Source of the DNA: a virus
Reading direction: 5' to 3' (one strand)
IMG/VR virus record: IMGVR_UViG_3300031566_000001
Location: 1 to 64,000 of that record
Length of the DNA stretch: 64,000 nucleotides
Of the stretch, positions 18,477 through 28,517 are shown one piece after another; position 1 is the first letter of the stretch; each line of letters begins with the position of its first letter. The notes under the pieces are model-generated. The model did not search any database. It was not told where the DNA came from and saw only the letters and a list, made by a program, of their open reading frames with translations. Both the position numbers and the translations under genes were made by a program.

Positions 18477-19739
18477 ATGAGCAGGGATACCAAGACTACG
18501 TTGCTATCGCTGGACAGGTACGCCAAGTGGCTGGGGCTGGACCCGCTGCACTTCGCGGGTGGCTATAGTGCACTCCGGCCTGCGGGCACCTGCAATAGCG
18601 TCTGGATGCAGTACGATTGGCAGAACGCCAGCCACGTGAGCAGGCATCAGTTGGCCGAACTGATTGCCAAGGCCGAGGAGGACATTGCCCTGCTCGTGAG
18701 GTACTGGCCTGCGCTAGTTTGGATCTCAGACGAGTGGCACCCGTACCCCAGGATACACCGCCGGGAGCTGTACGGGACGGGATTGACGCGGCGCGGCGAC
18801 CACAAGCCGATGAACCTCAAATGGGGCTACGTGTGGTATGGCGGGCAGAGGGCGGTGACGGCTATCGACGCGGCCAACGTAACGCGCAATGCCGATGTGG
18901 ACGGCGATGGGGACGGGTTTGCGGAGTGGGCTCAGTTCACTATCACCAACGTGGCTACGGACTTCAATGTCTGCCAGCTCAGGGCGTACTTCAAGGTCTA
19001 TGCCGCATTGGACGCAACCAACTGCCGGACCGACCCAGCGAGTGCGGGCGCGGACCCGGCATGGGAGGTGAAACCCATAACGGCTACGCTTTCAGGCACA
19101 ACGCTAACGGTTCTGATCCCGATATGGTGCCTATTCAAGCCGCAGTTGCAGGAGTCGTTTAGCGCCACTGGCATAGACGCCGATGTCGTGGGTAGCTACG
19201 TGGACACCTTGACCTTCTACCGAGAGTACAATGACCCATCGGAGCAGGTGCAATTCCTGTGGGGTGAGCCGGGTTGCAGGACCGCGGCCTGTGCTGTCAG
19301 CATACAGGCGGGTTGTTTTGGGGTATTGGACCCGAGGGAGGGTACTGTAGTCCCACAGCCGGGCACGTGGGACGGTGAATCCTTCGCCCTTGCGTCGTGG
19401 ACTGAGGGGCGGGAACCCGATTCGGTGCGGTTCTGGTACCGGGCGGGGTATCAACCGGAGGTGGCTCCGGGGTGCGATCCTTTAAGTGACTACTGGGCCA
19501 ACCTGATTGCGATACTGGCGACGTCCAGGCTGGAGCGGCCCCTGTGTGCCTGCTCACTAGCTAGGGCCAAGGCGGATGTTTGGCGTACGGACGTGACCAA
19601 GGTTAATGACTCTGGCAGCTTCCAGTTGGGCATGGATGCGCTGGATTGCACGCTGGGCTATCGCAGGGGTGAGATTCATGTATGGAAACATCTTTCAGGC
19701 CGCCCCGGTTTGACCAGGGGCCAGGCCGTAGAATGGTGA
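18477..19739 (+). CDS. putative head-tail connector/structural protein
   Basis: Position between head and tail genes; VRFWYRAGY resembles the adaptor YxAGY motif. Confidence 0.5.
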   Translation: MSRDTKTTLLSLDRYAKWLGLDPLHFAGGYSALRPAGTCNSVWMQYDWQNASHVSRHQLAELIAKAEEDIALLVRYWPALVWISDEWHPYPRIHRRELYGTGLTRRGDHKPMNLKWGYVWYGGQRAVTAIDAANVTRNADVDGDGDGFAEWAQFTITNVATDFNVCQLRAYFKVYAALDATNCRTDPASAGADPAWEVKPITATLSGTTLTVLIPIWCLFKPQLQESFSATGIDADVVGSYVDTLTFYREYNDPSEQVQFLWGEPGCRTAACAVSIQAGCFGVLDPREGTVVPQPGTWDGESFALASWTEGREPDSVRFWYRAGYQPEVAPGCDPLSDYWANLIAILATSRLERPLCACSLARAKADVWRTDVTKVNDSGSFQLGMDALDCTLGYRRGEIHVWKHLSGRPGLTRGQAVEW

Positions 19740-19753
19740 CGGAGGTGTAGGAG

Positions 19754-21265
19754 ATGAGTAACGGTGATTCGACGCCAGCACAAAGAGAGGGAAGCCGTGT
19801 GTTTCTCATCGAGGGCCGGGCACGCGGCGACCATACGCCGGAGTATATGGGGTGTATGAGGGCAGGACCGATAGACTGGTCCCTAGGTGCTGTGACCAAG
19901 ATCGACTGTCCTTCCGACAAACAGTATAGGAAGTTTGTAGAGAGGGGCAAGAGCAAGGCCGATGCAGACAGACCCACGACATCACTTGTGGGGTTGTTCG
20001 CGGCGGACCTGGAAAGTACGTTGATCCGGTTGGCCAAGACCGGGTGCGCGGTGGACCTGCATTACCATCTTGGGGAGTGCACGGACCCGACGCTGTTTAA
20101 CGTATTCCAGCAGGCCATCGTCTGGGAGGATGTGGACCTGACGAACTACTCCGCGGACGACCTGGGCGCTCTGGACGGGAGTGAGACTGGCAAGGTGAAC
20201 GAGACCAGCGAACTTTCCGCCAGGGAGTTCTATCAGGTGCTGCCTCTCGCCTTTGCGGAGGTGGCGGCGACCGTTGTGACCAACGAGGTCATCGACGTGG
20301 TGGTCTGTGACAGTATATCGTGCGGAGAGTGCATAGGCCAGTCCGGGGGGTGTGAGAGGGTCTATGCGGTGACCCTGGCTGCGGGTGGGTCTCCGGGTAC
20401 GCCTGCCGACGTGGTGTATACGCTGGACGGCGGGGCGAACTGGAATACCAGTGAGATTGATTCACTTGGCGCGACGGAGGACCCCACGGGCCTGGCGTGC
20501 CTGGCGGGGTACATGGTAGTGGTTTCGGCAGACTCGTGCAGCCTGCATTACGTCTTACAGGCCGATCTGGACGCAGTGGGCGGCGAGACCTGGGTGCAGA
20601 ACGTCACCGGGTTTGTGGACAAGGGCACGGGCACCTGCCCGCTGGATATCTGGTCTGTGGGCAACTACGCCTTCATCTCCGCTGAGGGCGGGTACGTCTA
20701 CGGCACCGCTGACCCGACGGCGGGCGTGGTCATCCTGGAGGCCGGCAACGCGGTAACTAATGCGTTGTGGGCCATTCACGCCATGAACCGGAACGTCTGC
20801 GTGGCCGTGGGCAGTGCGGGCGCGGTGATCCGGACACTGAACGGCGGGGATACGTGGCAGCACATGAGCGCACCTGTGGGCATCGGCACGTCTCTCCAGT
20901 CGGTATGGGTCAAGACCGAGACAGAGTGGTGGGTTGGCTCCAGTGATGGGCGGCTGTTCGAGACCCTGGACGGCGGCAATACATGGAACCTGCGGGCGGA
21001 CTGGGCGGGCGGCACTGTCTACGACATCGCGTTTTCCTCGGACAACGTGATGACCGTTGCGCATACCACGGCGGCTGGGGTGGGCCGGCTACTGCGCAGC
21101 TACAATGGCGGCAACAGCTTCGTGGTATTGCCGGAGGGCGTAGGGGCCTTGCCTGCCAGTGCCAGGCTGAACGCCATCGCCCTGTGCGAGAACGATGTCA
21201 ATGTGGTCGCTGCGGTTGGGTTGGACGGCGGCGCAGACGGCATCATACTCTGGGGCGAGGACTAG
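19754..21265 (+). CDS. putative major tail tube protein with C-terminal Asp-box/BNR beta-propeller
   Basis: Upstream of chaperones and tape measure; TLDGGANW, TLNGGDTW, TLDGGNTW, SYNGGNSF repeats. Confidence 0.65.
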   Translation: MSNGDSTPAQREGSRVFLIEGRARGDHTPEYMGCMRAGPIDWSLGAVTKIDCPSDKQYRKFVERGKSKADADRPTTSLVGLFAADLESTLIRLAKTGCAVDLHYHLGECTDPTLFNVFQQAIVWEDVDLTNYSADDLGALDGSETGKVNETSELSAREFYQVLPLAFAEVAATVVTNEVIDVVVCDSISCGECIGQSGGCERVYAVTLAAGGSPGTPADVVYTLDGGANWNTSEIDSLGATEDPTGLACLAGYMVVVSADSCSLHYVLQADLDAVGGETWVQNVTGFVDKGTGTCPLDIWSVGNYAFISAEGGYVYGTADPTAGVVILEAGNAVTNALWAIHAMNRNVCVAVGSAGAVIRTLNGGDTWQHMSAPVGIGTSLQSVWVKTETEWWVGSSDGRLFETLDGGNTWNLRADWAGGTVYDIAFSSDNVMTVAHTTAAGVGRLLRSYNGGNSFVVLPEGVGALPASARLNAIALCENDVNVVAAVGLDGGADGIILWGED

Positions 21266-21304
21266 GCAAGCGTGTCATAACTATGTGAAAGGGAGGACCT
21301 TCCC

Positions 21305-21859
21305 ATGACAGCAGACAAGAAAGCAAAGCGCACAAAGCGTATCAAGGAGAAGAAGGGGCTGTCTCCTGCTGCAATGGCGGCTATCGAGACCGCCAAGAAG
21401 ATGCGTGAGGCGGAACAGCCCACGGAGGTGACGCTGATCGGCGGGGTCACGGCCATCCTGCATCCTGTGGCCCCGTCGCTGATTCAGGACGTGCAGTTGC
21501 GCATCGAGGACCCCCCGGTTCCACGGGTCTGGATTCAGGACAAGGATCGGGAGGAGGAGAACCCCAGCGACCCGTCATACCTGGCGGGCCTGGAGCGTGC
21601 TTCGCAGGAGCGGGAGGTGGCGGTTTTGGATGCCTTTGTCATGATGGGCGTGGAGCTGCCAAAGGGGTACGAGATACCCCCGTCCTGGATCAAGCAGCTC
21701 AAGATGCTGGGGCTGGAATTCGATGAGGACGACCCTGACGAGGTAGAGTTCGTCTTCAAGAAGTACCATACCAGCAACTCCGTCCTGATGAAGTTGACTG
21801 TGATGTCAGGCATTCGAGAGGAGGACATAGCCGGATTCCGCGACCTTTTTCGCGGTTAG
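21305..21859 (+). CDS. tail assembly chaperone (gpG-like)
   Basis: Position; ends in CTT TTT C slippery-like site. Confidence 0.6.
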   Translation: MTADKKAKRTKRIKEKKGLSPAAMAAIETAKKMREAEQPTEVTLIGGVTAILHPVAPSLIQDVQLRIEDPPVPRVWIQDKDREEENPSDPSYLAGLERASQEREVAVLDAFVMMGVELPKGYEIPPSWIKQLKMLGLEFDEDDPDEVEFVFKKYHTSNSVLMKLTVMSGIREEDIAGFRDLFRG

Positions 21860-22127
21860 GCGGCACGGCAGACCCATCCGGGACTATCCGCTTGCAGATG
21901 CGGTAATGACGGGTATCACGGCCTCCACGCACTTCATGCAGTGGGAGGCCGCTAACGCGGCGGGGTTGGACCTGCGCCTCTGGGATGCGGGTTTCTACCC
22001 TAAGCGGTTCATGGCCAAGGTATTGGCATGGCACGAGGGCCATGAGCTAATCGAACAGCACAAGCAATCCGCGCTGCTCAAGGACGCGGAACGCAAGGCC
22101 AAGCGGGCGAAGCAGAAAGGGCGGTAG
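21846..22127 (+). CDS. tail assembly chaperone extension (gpT-like), probably reached by frameshift
   Basis: Frame open from 21831 to 22127, overlapping the end of the previous ORF; ATG 21906 lacks an SD. Confidence 0.5.
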   Translation, partial: FFAVRRHGRPIRDYPLADAVMTGITASTHFMQWEAANAAGLDLRLWDAGFYPKRFMAKVLAWHEGHELIEQHKQSALLKDAERKAKRAKQKGR

Positions 22128-24650
22128 ATGGCCATAGAGACCATCGGCGTCCGGGTAGTGGTCGAGGGCGCTGAGAAGGCAGTCAGTGACCTGAACAGGG
22201 TCAATAAGGCAGCGGGTTCCCTTGGCGGCGCAGCCGCAGCTACCGCTTCACCTTTGGGCATCCTAGCGGGTGCGCTAGCCAACGTGGGCCAGATCGCCGC
22301 GGGCATCATCAGCGCACAACTCTTCACCAACTTGGTTGAGGGCCTCAAGAGCGTGGCTCAGGAGGCCCTTTTTGGTGCGGGCCGTGTCGAGGAGCTTGAG
22401 ATAATTCTGGAGTTACTGGGCACCAGGGCGGGGTACGGCACGGCCCAGCTCTACAAGTGGCGTGATGCTGTGGTGGACGCTGGGATTCGCACCGACGTAG
22501 CCACAAAGCTCCTGGCTCAATTCATACGCTATCAGATTGATGCGGCTCAGGCCGTGGAGCTAGCCAATGTGGCCCAGGACGCGGCGGTGTTCGCTCAGCA
22601 GGACAGCACCGAGGCCCTGGACGGCTTGCTGCACGGTATTCTCACGCAAAGGTCCATCGTCCTACGGACCTATGGCGTCCAGGTCGATTTCAACCGAGCC
22701 TATGCAGAGTATGGCGACCTCATTGGCAAGGCTGCTGATGAACTGGACGCCAACGAGCGCGTACAGGCGGCCCTAAACGCAGTCCTCCAGCAGGGCGTGT
22801 CCATCACCGGATCCTATGAAGCGGCGATGGGAACCTGGTCTAAGATGTGGCGCACGCTGACGGGAAGGCTCATCCCGGAGATGATCTGGCAGTTGGGCGG
22901 GCCGTTTCAGCAGGCCATGGGTTCAGTGGTTTTTGCCATTGCGGACTTTGTTGAGGGCCTGACCGCTGCGGTATCGGAGGGTGGGTCATTGCGCCCCATC
23001 CTCGATGGGCTGGCCAGTGCAGCTATGCGCCTCTTAGCCCCACTTATCGCCATCGTCCGTGTCATATCCTCGTACCTTGGCGCGGCCAATGCCGCCAAGG
23101 CTGTAACCAGTGACTGGGACATGAAGATGGCGGATATGAGAAGGCCTACGGAGAAGGTCACTGAGGTCATTGCTCAATTAGGTGACCAGTGGGCCAAGGA
23201 AGGCAAGAAGATCGCTGATGTTACCAGGGACCTCACTAAGTCCATAACGCGCATGTGGGATGACCATGGACGCCAATTGGCAAAGAGCATCTTCGACTTC
23301 AACCTGAGCCGGTTGCGGGATGAGTTGGACTGGCAGAAGCGCAGGGAGAGGGAGCTTGGGGAACACAACCGCAAGATGGCGGATATGTACGCGGAGCTGA
23401 ATGAGTTGCGCACGGGCAAGCGCCGCCAAGAGATCAAGGCCCAGATGCAGGATGAGCAGAAGAATTACGGGGCTCAGCGTGCACAGTTTGAGCAGTTGCT
23501 TGGCGAGGCCCAGTCCGATGAGGAGCGCCTGCGCATTCAGGGTTGGCTCGATGCCCTTCAGGCAGAGCACCAGGGCCAGCAGGACGTGCTCCAGGAGGAG
23601 ATGACCGCCATAGACGCAGAGCAGGCGCTATTGGAGAAGCGCATCGCTATGGAGGAGCGGGCCTTCGAGCAGCGCCGGGACTTGGAGGCTGAGGACCGGC
23701 GTGTCCGCATGGCACGGGAAGATGAGGATTTCGCGCGTCGCACAACCAGGGACGAAGAAGAGGTACGGCGCCGGGAGGAGCTGCAACGTGAGGAGTCCAG
23801 GGAGCGGATAGCGATCATACAGGAGCAGATCGCCGATGAGAAGGCGGCCAAACTGGCATCCTATCAAGAGCAGCAGGCCATGCTCACTCAGTCCGTAGGT
23901 GACCAGCAGGGCATCCTCAAGGGGTTCACGGACGACCAGGAGACGCTGGTGGGGGAGTGGACCAAGACCTTCGAGGGTTTCATCCCCACCATCAGGGACG
24001 AGCTGATCCCGACGCTGAACGATATGCTGGGCGCGTGGAGCGTGTTCTCCACGGAGATGTGGCCAATACTCAAGCCCATCCTGGAGTTCCTGGGCAGGCT
24101 TATCCTGCCCGTGATCAATGCAGAGATGGACAAGCTCACGCGCATGATGGCGCAGGCGGCCATCGTCATCTGGGCCAATGAGGTAGCACTCAAGGGTTTC
24201 AACCGCGTGACCGCGTACATGGCTGAGGTCTTACGTGACGCTTGGGAGGAGGCCCAAAAGATTGCGGGCCGTTTCTACGAAGTGGGCGCAGGCATCGTTC
24301 AGGGCATCATCGATGGCGTCAATGGGATGTGGCAACATATCATAAACCGGGTGCGGGACCTGGCAGAAGCCATCATCTATGAAATCAAATTGAGACTGGG
24401 CATGGGGTCGCCGTCCAAGGTGTTCATAGGCATGGGCCAGGAGATTTCGCGTTCCTTGGCAGAGGGCATCCGGTCTATGGGAGACCTGCCAGCCTTGCAG
24501 ATGGGTCAGGTGACGTTGGGGACGCTGGCCGCCGTGCCCGCGTCCACAACCAGCGTCAGCAACCAGTACAACCTGAATATGACCTCACTTGCGCCCACGT
24601 CCACCGTGGCTGCGGACTTCCATCTGATGCAGGTCATGGCGAAGGGCTAG
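22128..24650 (+). CDS. tape measure protein
   Basis: 840 aa, Ala-rich helical with coiled coil; C-terminal LGMGSPSKVFIGMG motif. Confidence 0.88.
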   Translation: MAIETIGVRVVVEGAEKAVSDLNRVNKAAGSLGGAAAATASPLGILAGALANVGQIAAGIISAQLFTNLVEGLKSVAQEALFGAGRVEELEIILELLGTRAGYGTAQLYKWRDAVVDAGIRTDVATKLLAQFIRYQIDAAQAVELANVAQDAAVFAQQDSTEALDGLLHGILTQRSIVLRTYGVQVDFNRAYAEYGDLIGKAADELDANERVQAALNAVLQQGVSITGSYEAAMGTWSKMWRTLTGRLIPEMIWQLGGPFQQAMGSVVFAIADFVEGLTAAVSEGGSLRPILDGLASAAMRLLAPLIAIVRVISSYLGAANAAKAVTSDWDMKMADMRRPTEKVTEVIAQLGDQWAKEGKKIADVTRDLTKSITRMWDDHGRQLAKSIFDFNLSRLRDELDWQKRRERELGEHNRKMADMYAELNELRTGKRRQEIKAQMQDEQKNYGAQRAQFEQLLGEAQSDEERLRIQGWLDALQAEHQGQQDVLQEEMTAIDAEQALLEKRIAMEERAFEQRRDLEAEDRRVRMAREDEDFARRTTRDEEEVRRREELQREESRERIAIIQEQIADEKAAKLASYQEQQAMLTQSVGDQQGILKGFTDDQETLVGEWTKTFEGFIPTIRDELIPTLNDMLGAWSVFSTEMWPILKPILEFLGRLILPVINAEMDKLTRMMAQAAIVIWANEVALKGFNRVTAYMAEVLRDAWEEAQKIAGRFYEVGAGIVQGIIDGVNGMWQHIINRVRDLAEAIIYEIKLRLGMGSPSKVFIGMGQEISRSLAEGIRSMGDLPALQMGQVTLGTLAAVPASTTSVSNQYNLNMTSLAPTSTVAADFHLMQVMAKG

Positions 24651-24691
24651 AACCGCATCCTGGGGCGCTGTAGTAGCCCAGGGCGGTTTTT
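24651..24691 (+). terminator. intrinsic terminator
   Basis: AACCGC..CCTGGG / CCCAGG.GCGGTT followed by a T run. Confidence 0.55.
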
Positions 24692-24719
24692 AGGGTGAAA
24701 CAGGTAGCGGGGCTAGGGT

Positions 24720-24950
24720 ATGGGAGAGAAAACGGCTGGGGGGCCGCAGGCGAGGGTCTTCCGGCTCGTCAGGACGGAGGACGTGAGCGGGGTCAGTGGC
24801 ACCGGGATTGTGGCCGATGGCGTGGTGTTCCCTGACGGCGTGACAGTGCTGCGGTGGAGGACCGTGGGGGGCAGCACGGCCATTTATGACTCCGTGGAGA
24901 GCGTAGAACGGATACACGGCCATGACGGGAGCACGAGGCTGGTATGGTGA
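24720..24950 (+). CDS. small conserved phage hypothetical protein
   Basis: DVSGVSGTGIVADGVVFPDG...HGHDGSTR motif. Confidence 0.6.
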   Translation: MGEKTAGGPQARVFRLVRTEDVSGVSGTGIVADGVVFPDGVTVLRWRTVGGSTAIYDSVESVERIHGHDGSTRLVW

Positions 24951-24952
24951 GT

Positions 24953-25015
24953 CTTTTGCGCAAAAGGAAACCGGGGCCTTTCTTTTGCGGGCAAAACATC
25001 TCAGGGGGCAATAAT
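24953..25015 (+). promoter_or_regulatory. paired palindrome with 19-nt-spacer promoter
   Basis: CTTTTGCGCAAAAG 24953-24966; TTGCGG(24985)-19 nt-AATAAT(25010). Confidence 0.6.
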
Positions 25016-25043
25016 ATGAGCAAAAGGGTTGATGGAGGGCATC

Positions 25044-27386
25044 ATGGTCAAGAAGCGATTGGCTCTTGCGAGTGCCCTGCTACTGGCGGTGCTCATAGTC
25101 GCCGTGGTGGTGGGGGGTAGGGACATGGGCATTTGTGACATCAAGTATGAGCTGATAACGCCGGACGGCCAGACGTTTAACTTCTGGGGCGTGGGCCGTG
25201 CGCCAGGCTCAGAGGCCACCTTGCAGGCCCACGAGGGCTTTGGCCTGCCACCGGTGCGGCATGTCACCCAGGACATCTACAACGTGCCGGGCAACCTCCT
25301 GGTAGACGTGGTGGTGCAGGGCCGTACCGTGACCATCACCGAATCGGTCTATGCCACGGACGCAACGCGCAAGGGGCTACACAAGGCCCTGGCGGAGATA
25401 TGGGATGCCGTGCGTTGGGACCGTGGGGCCACAAGGACCACGCCAAGCATCCTGCGGTACACAGTGGACGGCAACAGTTGGGACCTGTACGTCGTCCTGT
25501 CAGGCGTCGTAGAGGGGCGCCAGGGCCGCTATGGCCGCAATGAGATCGTGGGCCTGCGGTTTGAGGCACACGACCCGCTGTGGTGGGACGACGCGGAAAG
25601 CCTATTGACGCTGGACTGGCAGGATGCGTTTACAAGTCGCTACATCCTGGGCAAGATCGGCGGGGTTTGGGATCCGATGGGGCCGCCAACCGCAGGCGGG
25701 ACCGTGAGCACGATCGCCGTCAACCCGGACACGGGCGATGTCGTGGTCGGTGGCACGTTTGCGGCCTGGGATGGGTTGCCGGGTGTCACCGGTGACAACG
25801 TCGTTATGTGGGACGTGTCGGCGCAGGCGTGGGTAGCGATTGGCGGGGGCCTGAATAGCTCAGTTCGCGTCCTGTACTTTGCGACGGACGGCACATTGTA
25901 CGCTGGCGGTGCATTCACCGACGGGTCGGGCGGCGCAGGTGATCCGGCGGCGGACTACATCGCACAGTATGACGTGCTCACGGACACCTGGGTCAACGTG
26001 GGCGGCGGTCCTGGGGTTGGAGCCGTCACCGACGTTTGGGACATCGTAGAGGGGTACGACGGCCAGCTATACGTTATAGGCGACTTTACGAACTGGGACG
26101 GCCTGGGTTCGCCAACAGGAGATCACATCGTCCAGTTGCCGCTAGGTGGGGCCTGGGCCACTGTGGGCAACGGCTTAAATCAAATGGCCTATACCGGGGT
26201 GATCGCGCTTAATGGCAACCTGATCGTCGGGGGCTTCTTTGGCATAGCGGGGGGCGTCCCGTGTAGCTATATCGCAGAGTGGGACGGCACCGCGTGGGCA
26301 CCATTGGGGGCCGGGACCAACGGCACGGTCCTGGACGCGGTCTTTGGACTAGACGGCACACTGTTCGCCTGCGGCGTGTTCACCACGGCGGGCGGGCAGA
26401 CCGTGAACTACGTCGCGTCTTGGAATGGCACAAGCTGGAGCGACTTAGACGGCGGTTTTGATTCGCAGGCGTGGAGAATGGCGGTCGCCGATGATGGGAC
26501 ATTATACGTGGTGGGGGCATTCGCACAGGCGGGTGCATTGACGTTGACTGACCGGGCGGCGCGTTGGAACGGGTTTTCCTGGGCACACCTGGCGTTTGAC
26601 TTGCCGGGTGCGCCAACAGTGCGGGCCGTGGCCGTGGATGGTGAGGACTTGTACTTCGGTTGGGACAACGTGGGCACGGTTCTAGTAGCCGGGGACAACA
26701 GCGTTGTCACCACAGGATCGGCGGCGACGTTGCCAGTTATTGAGATCAAGAATCAAGGGCTTGTGCGGTCCATCCGCAACGAGACCACCGGTGATGAACT
26801 ACTTTTCGACATGCAGATGCTTGACGGCGAGATCGTCATTGTGGACCTGAGCACAGGCCGCAAAACCGTCACATCAAACCGGCGGGGCAACCGTCTGAAT
26901 GGGTTGATACCGCCAGGCGTAGGGGCCTTCGAGCTGGAGTCCTACCCACGGGCCTACTATGGGGGGACTGTGAAGGGCACGAACCTCATAACCGTGTTCA
27001 TCACGGACGCGGATCCCAGGGAGCACAACGATGACAACAACCAGCTCTCCGATTGGGCTAACGTCACCGGGATTAAGCAGACCAACACGGACCTGGGGCG
27101 GTTGTACGTGACAATCGTGGACGAAGGGGCCGGGGCGAACTTTCACGTGGAGTTTTACCAGGATGCGGCTAGGACTGAGCTTGTGGGCCACACGGGCAGT
27201 TATCCGAACTTGTTTGCAGGACCTATAGCGATCGTGGCTGACAACACAAGCGGTCTGGGGGGGTCTATCACAGTGGACGCCACGGTCGCTGCGGACGTTG
27301 ACATTGAGGTCTATTTTACGATTGTCACCATGACCTGGCACAACAAGTGGTGGTCGGTGGATGAGGCCATTCTAGCCGCAGAATGA
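25044..27386 (+). CDS. distal tail (Dit-like) protein with inserted beta-propeller
   Basis: GFGLPPVRH...GRTVTI...FEAHDPLW Dit N-terminus; repeated LYAGGAFT/YIAQYD/W..LG.G blades; Dit C-terminal IRNETTG...VDLSTGRKTV; alternative start 25125. Confidence 0.75.
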   Translation: MVKKRLALASALLLAVLIVAVVVGGRDMGICDIKYELITPDGQTFNFWGVGRAPGSEATLQAHEGFGLPPVRHVTQDIYNVPGNLLVDVVVQGRTVTITESVYATDATRKGLHKALAEIWDAVRWDRGATRTTPSILRYTVDGNSWDLYVVLSGVVEGRQGRYGRNEIVGLRFEAHDPLWWDDAESLLTLDWQDAFTSRYILGKIGGVWDPMGPPTAGGTVSTIAVNPDTGDVVVGGTFAAWDGLPGVTGDNVVMWDVSAQAWVAIGGGLNSSVRVLYFATDGTLYAGGAFTDGSGGAGDPAADYIAQYDVLTDTWVNVGGGPGVGAVTDVWDIVEGYDGQLYVIGDFTNWDGLGSPTGDHIVQLPLGGAWATVGNGLNQMAYTGVIALNGNLIVGGFFGIAGGVPCSYIAEWDGTAWAPLGAGTNGTVLDAVFGLDGTLFACGVFTTAGGQTVNYVASWNGTSWSDLDGGFDSQAWRMAVADDGTLYVVGAFAQAGALTLTDRAARWNGFSWAHLAFDLPGAPTVRAVAVDGEDLYFGWDNVGTVLVAGDNSVVTTGSAATLPVIEIKNQGLVRSIRNETTGDELLFDMQMLDGEIVIVDLSTGRKTVTSNRRGNRLNGLIPPGVGAFELESYPRAYYGGTVKGTNLITVFITDADPREHNDDNNQLSDWANVTGIKQTNTDLGRLYVTIVDEGAGANFHVEFYQDAARTELVGHTGSYPNLFAGPIAIVADNTSGLGGSITVDATVAADVDIEVYFTIVTMTWHNKWWSVDEAILAAE

Positions 27387-27398
27387 TTGTGAGGGGCT

Positions 27399-28517
27399 AT
27401 GCCCGCTGAATATGAGGTACACCTGCTGGAGGCCGCCAGGGACAACCTTCTGGATGTCATTGACGATTTCGAGACCCTGTCCTATGCTCAGCGGGTCAAT
27501 GAGGTGGGCGCATTTGGCCTCTCGGTGTGGGCGGATAGCTTCAACATCACCTTTGCACACCTGGACGGGCGGATCGTAGTATGGCGGAAGCCGGAAGGCG
27601 GACGCCGCTACATCGACTTTGCGGGCCTCATTCGGGGCGTGACCCGCCAGTATCGAGGGGGCAAGCAGCAGGTCACGCTCTCCGGCGTAGGGTACAATGA
27701 CCTTCTGCGGCGTCGTGTGGTGGCGTATGCAGCTACTACCTCGGGGGCCAGGAAGGCGGACCAGGCCGACGACATGATGAAGGTTGTCGTGAGGGAGAAC
27801 CTGGGCGCCTCCGCCGTTGCGGGCCGGGACCTCTCAGGCTGGGGCTTCACGGTGCAGGCCGACGTGTCAGCCGGGACCATCGTGCGGGGCGACTTTGCCT
27901 ACCAGGTCGTGCTGGACACGCTACAGGGCATCTCAGACGCCAGTCGTCAGACCCCGGCGACGCAGAGCTTCTTTGGCATCGTGCCCATCAACAGCGGATG
28001 GGAGATGCAGTTTCGTACCAACGTGCCGCAGTGGGGACAGGACCACAGCCACCCCAGCGGTGAGCATGGCCCCGTGGTGTTCTCCCAGGAGTACGAGAAC
28101 ATGGCCAACCCGGTGCTGGAGTGGGACCGGCACGATGAGGTAACAGTGGTTTACGGCGGGGGGCAGGGTGAGGACCTGGCCAAGCCGGTCATCTGGGTGG
28201 CCGATGCAGCACGCGAGGGCGAAAGCCCGCTCAACCGCTGCGAGACCTTTAAGAGCATCACCAGCGGGGCGGGAACTACATTGGAGCTGATAGATGGGGC
28301 CAATGCCCGACTGGATGAGGGCCAGGGCAAGCGGCGGTTCACCTTCGATGTGGTAGAGATCCCCAGCACATTGTACGGCCTGCACTGGGGCTTTGGGGAC
28401 CTGGTAACGGCGGTCTACGCGGGCGAGCAGTGGGACCTGCATGTGGCAGCGGTGGAGGTCACAGTGGAGGGCAAGGTGGAGACCATCACTCCGAGATTTG
28501 AGGAGTTTGCAGGGTGA
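27399..28517 (+). CDS. siphovirus baseplate hub/minor tail protein (ReqiPepy6 gp37-like)
   Basis: Position after Dit; VYGGGQGE, YGLHWGFGDLVT motifs. Confidence 0.75.
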   Translation: MPAEYEVHLLEAARDNLLDVIDDFETLSYAQRVNEVGAFGLSVWADSFNITFAHLDGRIVVWRKPEGGRRYIDFAGLIRGVTRQYRGGKQQVTLSGVGYNDLLRRRVVAYAATTSGARKADQADDMMKVVVRENLGASAVAGRDLSGWGFTVQADVSAGTIVRGDFAYQVVLDTLQGISDASRQTPATQSFFGIVPINSGWEMQFRTNVPQWGQDHSHPSGEHGPVVFSQEYENMANPVLEWDRHDEVTVVYGGGQGEDLAKPVIWVADAAREGESPLNRCETFKSITSGAGTTLELIDGANARLDEGQGKRRFTFDVVEIPSTLYGLHWGFGDLVTAVYAGEQWDLHVAAVEVTVEGKVETITPRFEEFAG

